This document shows, piece by piece, positions 9,775-20,194 of a stretch of 53,436 nt of DNA. Position 1 is the stretch's first letter. Every line of letters starts with the position of its first letter. The translations under genes were made by a program, and so were the position numbers. The DNA comes from an uncultured Gammaproteobacteria bacterium. GTDB taxonomy: Bacteria; Patescibacteriota; Patescibacteriia; Patescibacteriales; UBA12465. The stretch spans positions 1 to 53,436 of the forward strand of contig CAZTUJ010000005.1 of NCBI GenBank assembly GCA_964616855.1, in the 5' to 3' direction. Under the pieces are notes generated by a model, which saw only the letters and a program-made list of their open reading frames with translations, was not told where the DNA came from and made no database searches.

Positions 9775-10722
9775 ATGGTGCGTGACTTCAATAATTTGTC
9801 GGAATTACAGCTGGCCCTGATTAAGATTGTGGTTTTTTTCGATATGTTTTCCTATCCCCTGACCGCCTACGAATTGTGGCGTTATTTGGGGGTGGGGGCG
9901 GAATTTAAGGAAGTGTTTGCGGAGGCCCAAGGTTTAATTGCTCTTGGCTTTCTCGCGGGCGAGCAAGGTTTTTATTTTTTGCCCGGACAAAATCAGCTCG
10001 TGGCCACCAGGAAACAGCGTTATCATTATACTAACCGTAAGCTTAAAATTGCCCGGCGGGCAGTGCGTCTTTTCCGTCTTTTGCCCACAGTTGAATTTGC
10101 CGCTTTAAGTAATCTTATTGGCCGGCATAATTTGCGTGACGGCAGTGATATTGATATTTTTATTATTGCCAAAGAAAACCGGATTTGGATAACGCGCTTA
10201 TTTTGTGCCGGATTGATGAAGCTATTACGTCAGCGGCCGACGCCTTCCCGGAAGCGTGATAAAATTTGTCTGAGTTTTTATATTGATAATGCTCATTTAG
10301 ATTTAAGTAGTTTAGCTGATGGCCCGGAAGATTATTATTTTCATTTTTGGCTAGCTGGTCTTTACCCGCTTTATGATGCCGGCGCCTATCATCATCAATT
10401 AATGATGGCTAATAGCTGGCTTAAAAAGTATTTACCTAACGGCGATTTTGTAGTTAACAATAATTCTTACCGTGAATCTCCCCGTTATTGGCTGACCCGG
10501 CGCTTAGTTTTGAAATTTTGGAATCATATTTGTAATTTTTTAGAGACGCTGGCCCGCTCTTTCCAGCTTTTAATTATGCCAATGGCGCTCAAGGAAAAAA
10601 TTAATTTAGATTCGCGGGTTATTATTCGCGAGGGGGTGCTTAAGCTTTACCTGGTCGACCGCCGTCAGGAATTTATGCGTCGCTATCAAGAACGCTTGCG
10701 CCGTTTATTTCATGCTTCATAA
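9775..10722 (+). CDS. hypothetical protein with a Pol-beta-like nucleotidyltransferase motif
   Basis: GSDIDIFII motif and KICLSFYID; overlaps the start of the next gene. Confidence 0.7.
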   Translation: MVRDFNNLSELQLALIKIVVFFDMFSYPLTAYELWRYLGVGAEFKEVFAEAQGLIALGFLAGEQGFYFLPGQNQLVATRKQRYHYTNRKLKIARRAVRLFRLLPTVEFAALSNLIGRHNLRDGSDIDIFIIAKENRIWITRLFCAGLMKLLRQRPTPSRKRDKICLSFYIDNAHLDLSSLADGPEDYYFHFWLAGLYPLYDAGAYHHQLMMANSWLKKYLPNGDFVVNNNSYRESPRYWLTRRLVLKFWNHICNFLETLARSFQLLIMPMALKEKINLDSRVIIREGVLKLYLVDRRQEFMRRYQERLRRLFHAS

Positions 10723-11968
10723 ATTTTGGCCACGTTTAAGTTTTATCCTGTTGGCGCTCTGCGTCTGGGCTTTGCCGTGGCAGACAAAACTAATTTTGCG
10801 TCCGGCGGCCAGTAATTATTGGGAGATTTCTCTTTTTGCTGGTATTTTTTTATTGTGGCTAGCAATTTTATCTTTAGTCCTGTCCGGTTTTATTAATAAG
10901 AGTATTTGGCGGGAAAAATCTCGACTCTGGCGCTGGTCTTTAGTTTTATTTTTGCTTAGTGGCGCTGCTTCTATTTTTATTTCTCCTGATCCTTGGCTAT
11001 CTTTTTCCCGTTATCTATTTTGGTTGAGTGCCGTGTCCCTTTTTTTAGGCTTAGCTTCGATTCCGTCCTCCTGGCGGCGCTCTTTACTTTTTATTTTCTT
11101 GGCGAGCTTATCTGTTCAGGCGCTTATCGGTCTGGGACAGTTTTTTGGCCAGTTATCTTTTGCTAGTTCTTATTTAGGCTTAGCGTCCCATGATGCTGGG
11201 GCTGCTGGTTCAGTGGTAATTGAAACAGCGAGTGGACGCTGGCTTCGGGCTTATGGCGCCAGTGATCATCCTAATATTTTCGGAGGCTTAATGGCACTTG
11301 CCAGCCTCAGCTCTATTTATCTTTGGACGCAGATTAAAGAGCGGAACTTGCGTTCACTGCTCTTAGCCGCTTATGTCTTATTTTTTACCGCCCTTTTAGT
11401 ATCTTTTTCGCGAGCTGCTATCCTTGCCTTCGCTGTCGGCTTGATTGTTTCTATTTGGGAACATCGCACTTTGTTGCTGGCTCACGGTCGGGGAGTAGTG
11501 GCTTGGTTGTCTCTCTCTTTGCTTTTAGTTGGCCTCTTTGGTTGGCAGTATCAAGAATTGATTTGGGAGCGAACTCAACTTTCCAATCGCTTGGAAATTA
11601 CTTCCATCAACGAACGCCAGGAGTTTAATCGGCGCGGTCTTAATAATTTTTTGCAACATCCATTTTTAGGAAGCGGATTAGGAGCTTCCACTCTTTATGA
11701 TCAGGAGAAAGATTTAGCGACTGGTTTAAATAATTCGGTTTGGTCTTATCAGCCGGCCCATAACTATTGGTTGCTAGCGGCGGCTGAAGGTGGCGCTGTC
11801 TTTGTCTTGTCTTTACTGGGCTTGTGGTTTTGTGCCTATCAAAAAAGTCGGCAGAGCCGACTTCAGGGTTTGTTTGCAGTTTTATTAATTCTTACTTTAT
11901 TTGATCATTGGCTTTTCACTTTACCTTTAGCTCCTTCCTGGCTTTTCTTTTTCTTCGCTTTGATTTGA
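10712..11968 (+). CDS. O-antigen ligase (Wzy_C) family membrane protein
   Basis: Multi-pass TM protein with RAYG...HPNIFGG, SFSRAA, HPFLGSGLG and PAHNYWL motifs. Confidence 0.85.
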   Translation: MLHKFWPRLSFILLALCVWALPWQTKLILRPAASNYWEISLFAGIFLLWLAILSLVLSGFINKSIWREKSRLWRWSLVLFLLSGAASIFISPDPWLSFSRYLFWLSAVSLFLGLASIPSSWRRSLLFIFLASLSVQALIGLGQFFGQLSFASSYLGLASHDAGAAGSVVIETASGRWLRAYGASDHPNIFGGLMALASLSSIYLWTQIKERNLRSLLLAAYVLFFTALLVSFSRAAILAFAVGLIVSIWEHRTLLLAHGRGVVAWLSLSLLLVGLFGWQYQELIWERTQLSNRLEITSINERQEFNRRGLNNFLQHPFLGSGLGASTLYDQEKDLATGLNNSVWSYQPAHNYWLLAAAEGGAVFVLSLLGLWFCAYQKSRQSRLQGLFAVLLILTLFDHWLFTLPLAPSWLFFFFALI

Positions 11969-12207
11969 TAGTTTTTTTGGAGGATTAGTAAGTCGGTTTC
12001 TAAATTTTTAAACGCTTTTTCAATCAGCGCCCGCTCCGATGCCGGGGCTGATTTTATTTCCACCCTTAACTGTTCCTGGAGCAGACGGACAAGGGTGGCG
12101 GCGGTGCCAAAATAGTCTTCATTATCCACGTGGAAACGGACGCTGGCAGCGTCTTTTAAAAGGCGGGCGTTGGCCTGCAATTGGTAATTTTTATTTCTTT
12201 TTATCAT
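11905..12207 (-). CDS. small hypothetical protein coupled to radC
   Basis: Its start overlaps the radC stop (TAATG). Helical 100-aa protein with FHVDNEDYFGT; its 3' end overlaps the convergent gene. Confidence 0.6.
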   Translation of the reverse strand: MIKRNKNYQLQANARLLKDAASVRFHVDNEDYFGTAATLVRLLQEQLRVEIKSAPASERALIEKAFKNLETDLLILQKNYQIKAKKKKSQEGAKGKVKSQ

Positions 12208-12923
12208 TAGATAATGCTTAGGTATTTATTGTTACCAATAATCAGGTGGTCAAGAATTTCGACGTCTAAGATTTTACCGGCAGCTAAGAGCTGGTCGGTA
12301 ATTTCTGCATCGGCTCGACTGGATTTGAGCACGCCGGAGGGATGGTTATGGGCAATAATGATAGCGGTGGCACCATATTCTAAGGCCGGACGGAAGACTT
12401 CTCGGGCTTGCACTAAAGAAGCGTCAATGGTACCAATGGAAATTACTTCATCGTGGATTAATTGATAGTGATTATTGAGATAGAGACCGCGGAATTGTTC
12501 TTTTTTCAGAGCGCCCATGTCTTTAAGATAGGCAAAGGCTTGAGCGGCGTTACGAATGGTGACTAAGCCGCCTGGTTTCTTTTGGAAAAGGCGACGTCCT
12601 AATTCAAAGCAGGCGACGATTTGGCAGGCTTTTGCTTCTGGCATCTTTAGTTCTCTGACGATGGCAAGGGGGTCTTTCTGGGAGGCAATAGCTTTTTCTC
12701 CATATTCCCGCAAGAGTCGTGAGGCCATCGCGAAAACTTCTTCCCGTTTTGTCCCTACTCCCAAAACTACCGCTAACAGTTCGGCGAGACTAAGAGCGCC
12801 GACGCCTTCGGCAATCATTTTTTCTCTAGGCTTTTCTCCCTCCGCCATGTCGCGCACGCGCTTAATTTCGTAAGCGCGACCGTGTCCGTTATTGGCTTGT
12901 TTTCTTTTTAAACGATAGGGCAT
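12207..12923 (-). CDS. radC: RadC family JAB-domain protein
   Basis: KPREKM, ELLAVVLGVG, HNHPSG...S..D JAMM motif and LDHLII. Confidence 0.95.
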   Translation of the reverse strand: MPYRLKRKQANNGHGRAYEIKRVRDMAEGEKPREKMIAEGVGALSLAELLAVVLGVGTKREEVFAMASRLLREYGEKAIASQKDPLAIVRELKMPEAKACQIVACFELGRRLFQKKPGGLVTIRNAAQAFAYLKDMGALKKEQFRGLYLNNHYQLIHDEVISIGTIDASLVQAREVFRPALEYGATAIIIAHNHPSGVLKSSRADAEITDQLLAAGKILDVEILDHLIIGNNKYLSII

Positions 12924-13003
12924 ATTATTGGCAGTTAAGCTTAATTAGCTTCGCTTTCCATTATAACAGAGATGTGTTAAATTTAAAATATAATTTTATA
13001 CCT

Positions 13004-14278
13004 ATGTCTAAACATAAAAAAGTAATTTTGTCCAATAAAATACCCCTAATTTTAGCGCCGATGCCGGGGGTAAAGACAGTAACGGCTTTGGTGATGGTTA
13101 AAACTGGTTCTAAATATGAAAGTCGCGCCGAAAGCGGTTTATCACACTTTTTAGAGCACCTTTTTTTTAAGGGAACTAAGCGTCGTCCTAACACTTTGGC
13201 CTTATCGGCAGAACTAGATGTCTTAGGGGGAGAATACAATGCTTTTACCTCCAAAGAATACACGGGCTATTTTGTTAAAGTTGCCGCTGGTAAGTTAGAA
13301 ATTGCTCTCGATATTTTAGGAGACATGCTCACCGCCTCTAAGTTTGAGGCTAAGGAAATTGAGCGGGAAAAAGGAGTGATTGTGGAGGAGCTGAATATGT
13401 ATGAGGATAATCCGATGATGCATATTGAAGATGTTTTGGAGTCTTGTCTCTATGGCGATACGCCGGCCGGCTGGGATACTATTGGCACGAAGAAAAATAT
13501 TCGTTCTTTTCGTCGAGCTGATTTCATCCGTTACTTCAAGCGTCAATATGGAGCCCAGAGTATGAGCATTGTTTTAAGTGGGGCCATTAGTCCACGCGAC
13601 CAGGCAGCGGTGAAAAAGATATTTGGTAAAATTGCGCGCAATCCTTGGCGAGATAAGCCGGTGGTAGTCGAGACTCAGAAAAATCCAGCCTTAAAAATTG
13701 TGACCAAAAAGACGGATCAGGTAAATTTAGCTTTAGCGGTTCGCTCCTTCCCCGTTGGCCATCCTCAGGAAATAGCTTTAAAGCTTTTAAGTGTAATCTT
13801 GGGTGGTTCAATGAGCTCCCGACTTTTTATCTCTTTACGTGAGCGTTCCGGTTTGGCTTATTACGTCAAAACTGCGGCTGAATTTTATTCTGATTCTGGT
13901 TATTTAAGCACTCAAGCGGGCGTGCCTAAGGATAAAGCCGAAGCGGCCGTCGCCATTATTTTAGAAGAGTATCGCCGCATCGCCCAAACTGAAGTTTCGG
14001 CGGAAGAGCTGGCTCGCGCCAAAGATCTGATTTCCGGACGTTTACTCATGCAGTTAGAAGCTAGTGATGAAGTGGCTAGCTGGTATGGTCGTCAGGCGAT
14101 TTTACGCCAACACTTTTCTGATCCAGAGGAATTAGAAAAGCGCTTACGTGCTCTGACCGCGGCGGATATTAAAAAAGCAGCCGCGTTGGTGATGAAAAAT
14201 AAAAATCTAAATTTAGCTTTAATTGGTCCGATTAAAACGGCTGAAAAAAAACGTCTCCGCCAATTATTGCAACTATAA
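13004..14278 (+). CDS. M16 family (pitrilysin-like) zinc metallopeptidase
   Basis: Inverted zinc motif HFLEH, NAFTSKEYT and SSRLF..LRE..GLAY; ATG at 13004. Confidence 0.93.
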   Translation: MSKHKKVILSNKIPLILAPMPGVKTVTALVMVKTGSKYESRAESGLSHFLEHLFFKGTKRRPNTLALSAELDVLGGEYNAFTSKEYTGYFVKVAAGKLEIALDILGDMLTASKFEAKEIEREKGVIVEELNMYEDNPMMHIEDVLESCLYGDTPAGWDTIGTKKNIRSFRRADFIRYFKRQYGAQSMSIVLSGAISPRDQAAVKKIFGKIARNPWRDKPVVVETQKNPALKIVTKKTDQVNLALAVRSFPVGHPQEIALKLLSVILGGSMSSRLFISLRERSGLAYYVKTAAEFYSDSGYLSTQAGVPKDKAEAAVAIILEEYRRIAQTEVSAEELARAKDLISGRLLMQLEASDEVASWYGRQAILRQHFSDPEELEKRLRALTAADIKKAAALVMKNKNLNLALIGPIKTAEKKRLRQLLQL

Positions 14279-14279
14279 T

Positions 14280-17264
14280 ATGGAAGCCCCTAAGCTCCAA
14301 CTGAATAGCGGCCAAAAGGCAGCGGTGGAACATCGCCAGGGTCCTTTGTTGGTGGTGGCGGGGGCTGGCACAGGTAAGACCAGTGTTTTAGTTAATCGTT
14401 TGGCCAATATTTTAGCGGAAGAGAAATTAGATAGTGACCGGGTATTGCTTTTAACTTTTACCGAAAAAGCCGCTCAAGAAATGGAAGAGCGGGCCGATCG
14501 ACTTTTGCCTTACGGTTATTTAGATCTCTGGATTAATACTTTTCATGGTTTTTGTGAAAGACTTTTGCGCGAACACGCTTTAGATATTGGTTTGCCGGCC
14601 GACTTTAAAGTTTTAAGTGCGACTGAACAGTGGATGCTGATAAAAAAGAACCTAGATCTTTTTGATTTAGATTATTATCGTCCCTTAGGTAATCCCACTA
14701 AATTTATTGCGGAGTTGTTGAAGCATTTTTCCCGCTTGAAAGATGAAAATATTTCGGCCGCAGAATATTTAGAGTATGCGGAAAATATTATAGCGGCCGG
14801 GGACCAGGCTTTAAGCGGCGCTCCGGGACGAAAAGGAGAAGATGATGGCGAGGAAGAAGGAGGGGAAGATGTCTTAGAAAGCAGTCGCTTGCGTGAATTA
14901 GCCGGAGCTTACCATCTCTATAATCGTTTACTTTTAGATAACAGCCAGTTAGATTTTGGCGATTTAATTCTTTATACTTTAAAACTCTTACGCGAGCGCC
15001 CCAATATTTTAAAATATTATCGAGAAAAATTTGCCTATATCATGGTGGACGAATTTCAGGATACTAATTGGGCCCAATACGAGCTCGTGAAACTCTTAGC
15101 CGCTCCGAAAAATAATTTAATGGTGGTCGGCGATGATGATCAGGCCATCTATCGTTTCCGCGGAGCCTCACTGGCCAATATTATGCAGTTTAAAGATGAC
15201 TTTCCTCGGGCCTTGGAGATTGTGCTCACGGAAAATTATCGCTCCCGCCAAGATATTTTGGACATCTCTCATCGTTTTATCATACATAATAATCCTAACC
15301 GTTTGGAAGATAAGTTGGCGATTGATAAGGCTTTAATTGCTAAGGGCGCCTCTGCTCAAGCAGGCTTGCCTCCGGCTTTTATTCTCTTAGAAAGACAGGA
15401 AGACGAGCTGGCTTTTGTGGCGGATAAAATTGGGGAAATTTATAATCGCGAGCAAGCTAGTAAGGAGGGAATAGCCTGGTCGGACTTTGCTATTTTAACT
15501 CGTTCTAACGATACGGCCGACTTATTTGTTAAAGAACTGAGTCGCCGCGGCATTCCTAATCAATTTGTGTCTTTGCGCGGTTTGTATTACAAACCAATAA
15601 TCTTAGATTGTTTGGCTTATTTACGTTTGTTAGATAATTATCATGAATCTTCCGCTTTATTTCGAGTGTTAAATATTGAGCCTTTCCGGGTGACACACGC
15701 GGACGTGATTGCTTTAAATCGCTTTGCTCGCCGTAAGGCTTGGTCCCTATTTGAAACTTTGGGTCAGGTGGAGATGGTCCCAGATTTAAGCGCTGAAGCG
15801 GTGCCGCCGATTAAGCGTTTATTGCAATTAATTGAACAGCATTCTGCCCTGGTCGCCACTTCTTTGCCTAGCCGTTTATTTTTTAAATTTGTGGAAGAAT
15901 CTGGTCTTTTAAAAGGATTGGATATTGATCGTGATCAAGAAATATTTTCCTATTTAAATCAGTTTTATCAAAAGATGAAGCGTTTTGAAGAAGCAGATGC
16001 TTCCGTACGTCTGTCTGATTTTATGGCAGCCATGAATTTGGAAATGGAAGCGGGTGACAGCGGTTCTTTGCGTCTAGATTTTGTGGATGAAGAAACCGTA
16101 AAGGTGATGACAGTGCACGCCGCTAAAGGTTTGGAATTTCCCTATGTCTTTTTAGTGAACTTAGCTGATAAAAAATTTCCCACTATTAACCGCAGTGAAA
16201 AAATTCCTTTGCCGGCGGGCTTAGTTAAAGAAATTTTAGTTGATTCTAAGGATGCTCATCTGGAAGAAGAGCGGCGCTTATTCTATGTAGCTTTAACTCG
16301 GGCTAAGCGCGAGCTTTATCTTACTAGTGCTAAAGACTATGGCGGTGTTCGCGCCAAAAAGACTTCTCGTTTTCTGGAAGAAGCGGGCTTAGAAGCTATT
16401 AATAACGTGAGTGCGGGTAAGGGCAACGAATTGCTGCGGGATTTAGCGGCGGAGGGAGCTCAGTTTTTGCAAGAGGAATTGAAGCCAGAGGTTTTACCAA
16501 AACGTTTTTCTTTCTCTCAGCTGGCGGCTTATGACAATTGTCCTTTGCAGTATAAGTTTGCCTTTATTTTAAAAATTCCGGCGCCAGAAGATAAACCTAG
16601 TTTGATTTTTGGCCGGGTAATGCATAATGTCTTTTATGATTTTTTAAAACCACTAAGCTCCGGTTTGCAGGCGAGTTTGTTTGGCGGTGGAGAGACAAAT
16701 AAAGAACTTTGGAGTCTCCAGCGCTTGGAAAAAATTCTTGCTGATCACTGGGTGAGCGATGGTTATGAGAGCGCTGTGCAGCGGGAAGAGTATTATCATA
16801 AAGCCAAACAGGCTTTACGCGATTTTTTAGCCGCCTTTTTCCCTCAAGGCGGCAATATCCCCCAACCCTTATTTTTAGAAAAGAGTTTTTCTTTTAAAGT
16901 CGGCGGTGAAACCTTGAAGGGGGCCATTGATCGGGTTGATCAAGTGGCCGATGGCGTTGAGGTAATTGACTATAAAACTGGACGACCCAAAGAGAAACTG
17001 GAATGGAAAGATCGTCGCCAACTCATTCTCTATCAATTATTTTTGGAGGAGGTTTTACAAATTAAGGTTTTATCTTTAAGATATTATTATGTAGAGGGCG
17101 GAACTTCGGTGGCCTTCAGTCCTAAAGAGAAGGAAAAAGATAAATTGAAGTTGGAAATAGCGGCTCAAATTAAAGCGATTAAAGAACGGCGCTTCCAACC
17201 AAAACCTTCGGAGATGTGTAAGTTTTGTGACTTTAATAAGATTTGCGAATTTCGGCAAAGGTAA
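14280..17264 (+). CDS. UvrD/PcrA-like SF1A helicase fused to a C-terminal PD-(D/E)XK nuclease with four Cys
   Basis: AGAGTGKT, VDEFQD, GDDDQAIYRFRGA, TVHAAKGLEF and EERRLFYVALTRA, then SFSQL..Y..CP, GAIDRVD, IDYKTG and CKFCDFNKIC. Confidence 0.93.
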   Translation: MEAPKLQLNSGQKAAVEHRQGPLLVVAGAGTGKTSVLVNRLANILAEEKLDSDRVLLLTFTEKAAQEMEERADRLLPYGYLDLWINTFHGFCERLLREHALDIGLPADFKVLSATEQWMLIKKNLDLFDLDYYRPLGNPTKFIAELLKHFSRLKDENISAAEYLEYAENIIAAGDQALSGAPGRKGEDDGEEEGGEDVLESSRLRELAGAYHLYNRLLLDNSQLDFGDLILYTLKLLRERPNILKYYREKFAYIMVDEFQDTNWAQYELVKLLAAPKNNLMVVGDDDQAIYRFRGASLANIMQFKDDFPRALEIVLTENYRSRQDILDISHRFIIHNNPNRLEDKLAIDKALIAKGASAQAGLPPAFILLERQEDELAFVADKIGEIYNREQASKEGIAWSDFAILTRSNDTADLFVKELSRRGIPNQFVSLRGLYYKPIILDCLAYLRLLDNYHESSALFRVLNIEPFRVTHADVIALNRFARRKAWSLFETLGQVEMVPDLSAEAVPPIKRLLQLIEQHSALVATSLPSRLFFKFVEESGLLKGLDIDRDQEIFSYLNQFYQKMKRFEEADASVRLSDFMAAMNLEMEAGDSGSLRLDFVDEETVKVMTVHAAKGLEFPYVFLVNLADKKFPTINRSEKIPLPAGLVKEILVDSKDAHLEEERRLFYVALTRAKRELYLTSAKDYGGVRAKKTSRFLEEAGLEAINNVSAGKGNELLRDLAAEGAQFLQEELKPEVLPKRFSFSQLAAYDNCPLQYKFAFILKIPAPEDKPSLIFGRVMHNVFYDFLKPLSSGLQASLFGGGETNKELWSLQRLEKILADHWVSDGYESAVQREEYYHKAKQALRDFLAAFFPQGGNIPQPLFLEKSFSFKVGGETLKGAIDRVDQVADGVEVIDYKTGRPKEKLEWKDRRQLILYQLFLEEVLQIKVLSLRYYYVEGGTSVAFSPKEKEKDKLKLEIAAQIKAIKERRFQPKPSEMCKFCDFNKICEFRQR

Positions 17265-17299
17265 AGAGTGATTTAATCTTTTATATAATTTTTTAAATT

Positions 17300-17971
17300 A
17301 TGTTAGGAAGATATTTCCATTGGCGCTGGTTTCTCTATGCTTTATTTTTTGGGATTTGGTCCTTGTGGCTTTTACAGCAAAGGGTGGTGGCTTTTGATCG
17401 CTATATCGTTGATGATTGCCTGCATGATATTAAAGGACAGCGGCCGGCAGTTTTAGTTTTAGGGGCAGCTGTTCAAAGTAAGAATCAGATTAGCCCCATC
17501 TTTATTGATCGCTTAGATACATCCGTAGAATTATATCGGGCCGGTTTAGTGAAGAAGATTATTGTCAGCGGCGACCACGGACGTAGCGTTTATGATGAAG
17601 TTAATGCCGGCAAAGATTATCTTTTGGCCCAGCAAGTACCGGCCCAGGATATTTTTTTAGATCACGCTGGTTTTGATACTTATGACAGCCTCTATCGCGC
17701 TAAACAAATTTTTGCCGCTGATAATCTGTTGGTGGTAACTCAAGACTTTCATCTTCCCCGTGCCTTATATATTGCCCAGCGCTTAGGTTTAAATGCTTGG
17801 GGCTGCCGGGCAGATAAAAGATTCTATGCCGATAGTAAATACTTAGAAAGAAGAGAATGGCTGGCCTCAATTAAGGCCTGGCTGGATGTTAATCTTGACT
17901 CTAAACCTCGTTTTGGCGGGTCTTCCTTCAATTTAGAAGGTGATGGTAGGGAAGCTTGGGATGAATTATAA
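17300..17971 (+). CDS. SanA/YdcF (DUF218, ElyC-like) family protein
   Basis: N-terminal [24 protein letters not shown] and TQDFHLPRA. Confidence 0.9.
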   Translation: MLGRYFHWRWFLYALFFGIWSLWLLQQRVVAFDRYIVDDCLHDIKGQRPAVLVLGAAVQSKNQISPIFIDRLDTSVELYRAGLVKKIIVSGDHGRSVYDEVNAGKDYLLAQQVPAQDIFLDHAGFDTYDSLYRAKQIFAADNLLVVTQDFHLPRALYIAQRLGLNAWGCRADKRFYADSKYLERREWLASIKAWLDVNLDSKPRFGGSSFNLEGDGREAWDEL

Positions 17972-17985
17972 ATTGCTTTAAAATT

Positions 17986-19002
17986 ATGTCCGACACTCAA
18001 CGCCTGCTTGATCCCCAGGAAACAAATGAAGAAGAGATGTTAGAGCTGACTTTGCGTCCGCGCTTTTTGCGAGAATATATCGGACAGGAAAGTATTAAAT
18101 CTAATTTAGAAATTGCGATGGCGGCGGCGAAGCAGCGAAAAGAGCCGCTAGAACATGTTTTGCTCTACGGTGCTCCTGGCCTAGGAAAAACTACCCTCGC
18201 GCACGTGATTGCTAACGAGATGGGGGCTAATTTACGGGTTACTTCTGGTCCGGCAATTGAAAAAAGTGGCGATTTAGCCGCGATTTTAAGTAACTTAGAA
18301 GAAAACGATGTTTTATTTATTGATGAAATTCACCGTTTACCTAAAACCGTAGAAGAAATTTTATATCCGGCAATGGAAGATTATGCCCTGGATATTGTGA
18401 TGGGTAAAGGTCCGAGTGCTCGTACCCTCCGTTTGGATTTACCTCATTTTACTATTATCGGCGCCACTACTTTAGCCAGTCTTTTGTCCGCCCCTTTGCG
18501 TGATCGTTTTGGTTTATCTCATCATTTAGACTTTTATGAGCTCGCGGAAATGGAAAGAATTATTGCCCGGAGCGCTAATATTTTAAAAATTGATCTACCC
18601 TCACCAGCAGCCACAGCGGTGGCTGGTCGGGCCCGGCGAACGCCTCGAATTGCTAATCGCTTGTTAAAGCGTGTGCGTGACTATTGCCAAGTGCGCAACA
18701 ACGGCGAAATTAGTCTGGAAGCTTGTGCGGAAGCCTTCTCCCTGTTAGCGGTTGATCATTTAGGTTTAGACGCCGTTGATCGTAAAATTTTAGAGGTGTT
18801 GATTGATAAATTTCAAGGTGGGCCGGTTGGTTTGAATACCTTAGCGGCCGCCACTGGCGAAGAAATTGATTCTTTAGAAAATATTTATGAACCATATCTT
18901 TTGCAATTAGGCTTTCTTGACCGTTCTCCGCGGGGGCGCATTGCCACGATTGCTGCCTATCAGCACTTAGGGAAGACCCTTAATCCGGGCGGATTATTAT
19001 AG
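17986..19002 (+). CDS. ruvB: Holliday junction branch migration helicase RuvB
   Basis: LRP...[36 protein letters not shown] and EPYLLQ. Confidence 0.98.
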   Translation: MSDTQRLLDPQETNEEEMLELTLRPRFLREYIGQESIKSNLEIAMAAAKQRKEPLEHVLLYGAPGLGKTTLAHVIANEMGANLRVTSGPAIEKSGDLAAILSNLEENDVLFIDEIHRLPKTVEEILYPAMEDYALDIVMGKGPSARTLRLDLPHFTIIGATTLASLLSAPLRDRFGLSHHLDFYELAEMERIIARSANILKIDLPSPAATAVAGRARRTPRIANRLLKRVRDYCQVRNNGEISLEACAEAFSLLAVDHLGLDAVDRKILEVLIDKFQGGPVGLNTLAAATGEEIDSLENIYEPYLLQLGFLDRSPRGRIATIAAYQHLGKTLNPGGLL

Positions 19003-19008
19003 TATTTT

Positions 19009-20061
19009 ATGTTTGCTCTTGAGGATTTTAATTACGAACTGCCGCGCTCTTTGATTGCTCAGGAGCCGGCCAAGCCGCGCGACCATGCTCGGCTTTTATG
19101 TTTGCAACGTAATAGTGGCTTGATTGAACATGACCGTTTTGACCATATCGGTGCCCATTTAAAGCCCGGGGATGTTTTAGTAATTAATGATTCCCGGGTT
19201 TTTCCCGCTCGTCTTTTGGGTAAGAAAGAAGAGAGCGGCGGTGCGGTTGAAATTTTTTTACATAAAGAATTATCTCCCGGCCAGTGGGAGTGTTTGGTTG
19301 GCGGGCGGGTGCATCCTGATCTGCAAGTTGTTTTTCGTTACGGCTTATCTGCTCGTTTATTGGCCGATCAAGGCGATGGTACTTGGCGGGTAGCTTTTAA
19401 TCTTCGGGGTGATAGTTTTTGGAAGACTTTAGAAAAGATAGGGCGCATGCCTTTACCACCCTACATTAGTCCTGGAGCTAGTCAAAAACTTGACCGTAGT
19501 CGTTATCAAACTGTTTATGCTGCCCCTCAACAAAATGGCTCGGTGGCAGCGCCGACGGCCGGATTACATTTTACTAAGCGTTTACTCACTAAATTACAGA
19601 GACAGGGGATAGAGATTGTCAATGTTACTCTTCATGTTGGTCTTGGTACCTTCGCTGCCGTCAAAAGCGAGGATATTCGTCAGCATCAGATGCATTCAGA
19701 ATTGGCGGTTATTAGCCGGAAATCAGCTTTAGCTTTAGTGCGAGCTAAGCAAGAGGGGCGAAGGATTGTGGCGGTGGGCACGACCAGCTGCCGAGTGCTA
19801 GAATCTTACGGCCAGGCAATCGCGCAGGGAAGGCTTACTGGGGGTGACGCGTATCAAGAATGGACGGAAATTTTCATTTATCCAGGCTATCAGTTCCAAC
19901 TAGTGGAGGCCCTAATTACCAACTTCCATTTGCCCAAATCAAGCCTGTTAATGCTAGTTTCAGCCCTGGCCGGAAAGGAGAATATTGACGCCGCTTATCG
20001 GGAGGCAATCGCTCAACATTACCGTTTTTACAGTTATGGTGATGCGATGTTTATTGGCTAA
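19009..20061 (+). CDS. queA: S-adenosylmethionine:tRNA ribosyltransferase-isomerase
   Basis: LIAQEP, PLPPYI, AAPTAGLHF, AVGTT, TNFHLPKS and YRFYSYGDAM. Confidence 0.97.
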   Translation: MFALEDFNYELPRSLIAQEPAKPRDHARLLCLQRNSGLIEHDRFDHIGAHLKPGDVLVINDSRVFPARLLGKKEESGGAVEIFLHKELSPGQWECLVGGRVHPDLQVVFRYGLSARLLADQGDGTWRVAFNLRGDSFWKTLEKIGRMPLPPYISPGASQKLDRSRYQTVYAAPQQNGSVAAPTAGLHFTKRLLTKLQRQGIEIVNVTLHVGLGTFAAVKSEDIRQHQMHSELAVISRKSALALVRAKQEGRRIVAVGTTSCRVLESYGQAIAQGRLTGGDAYQEWTEIFIYPGYQFQLVEALITNFHLPKSSLLMLVSALAGKENIDAAYREAIAQHYRFYSYGDAMFIG

Positions 20062-20080
20062 TAATTGATATTTTATCGAT

Positions 20081-20109
20081 TTGCCTTTTTTAGTTTTTTG
20101 TGATATGCT
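20081..20109 (+). promoter_or_regulatory. putative promoter for lepB-hisS-rpsU
   Basis: TTGCCT-17 bp-TATGCT with an extended -10 TG. Confidence 0.5.
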
Positions 20110-20194
20110 CATTAAACATTGCTATTTGGCCGGCCTTGTTCACAGTATTTAGATCGATTAAGAAACAAGTTTCTCCCCTTAGCAATTTTTCATT

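Noticed and set aside
12207..12923. radC as a marker of a mobile element
   Set aside because: It is the full-length chromosomal type with the N-terminal helical region; no integrase, transposase or att-like repeats are nearby.
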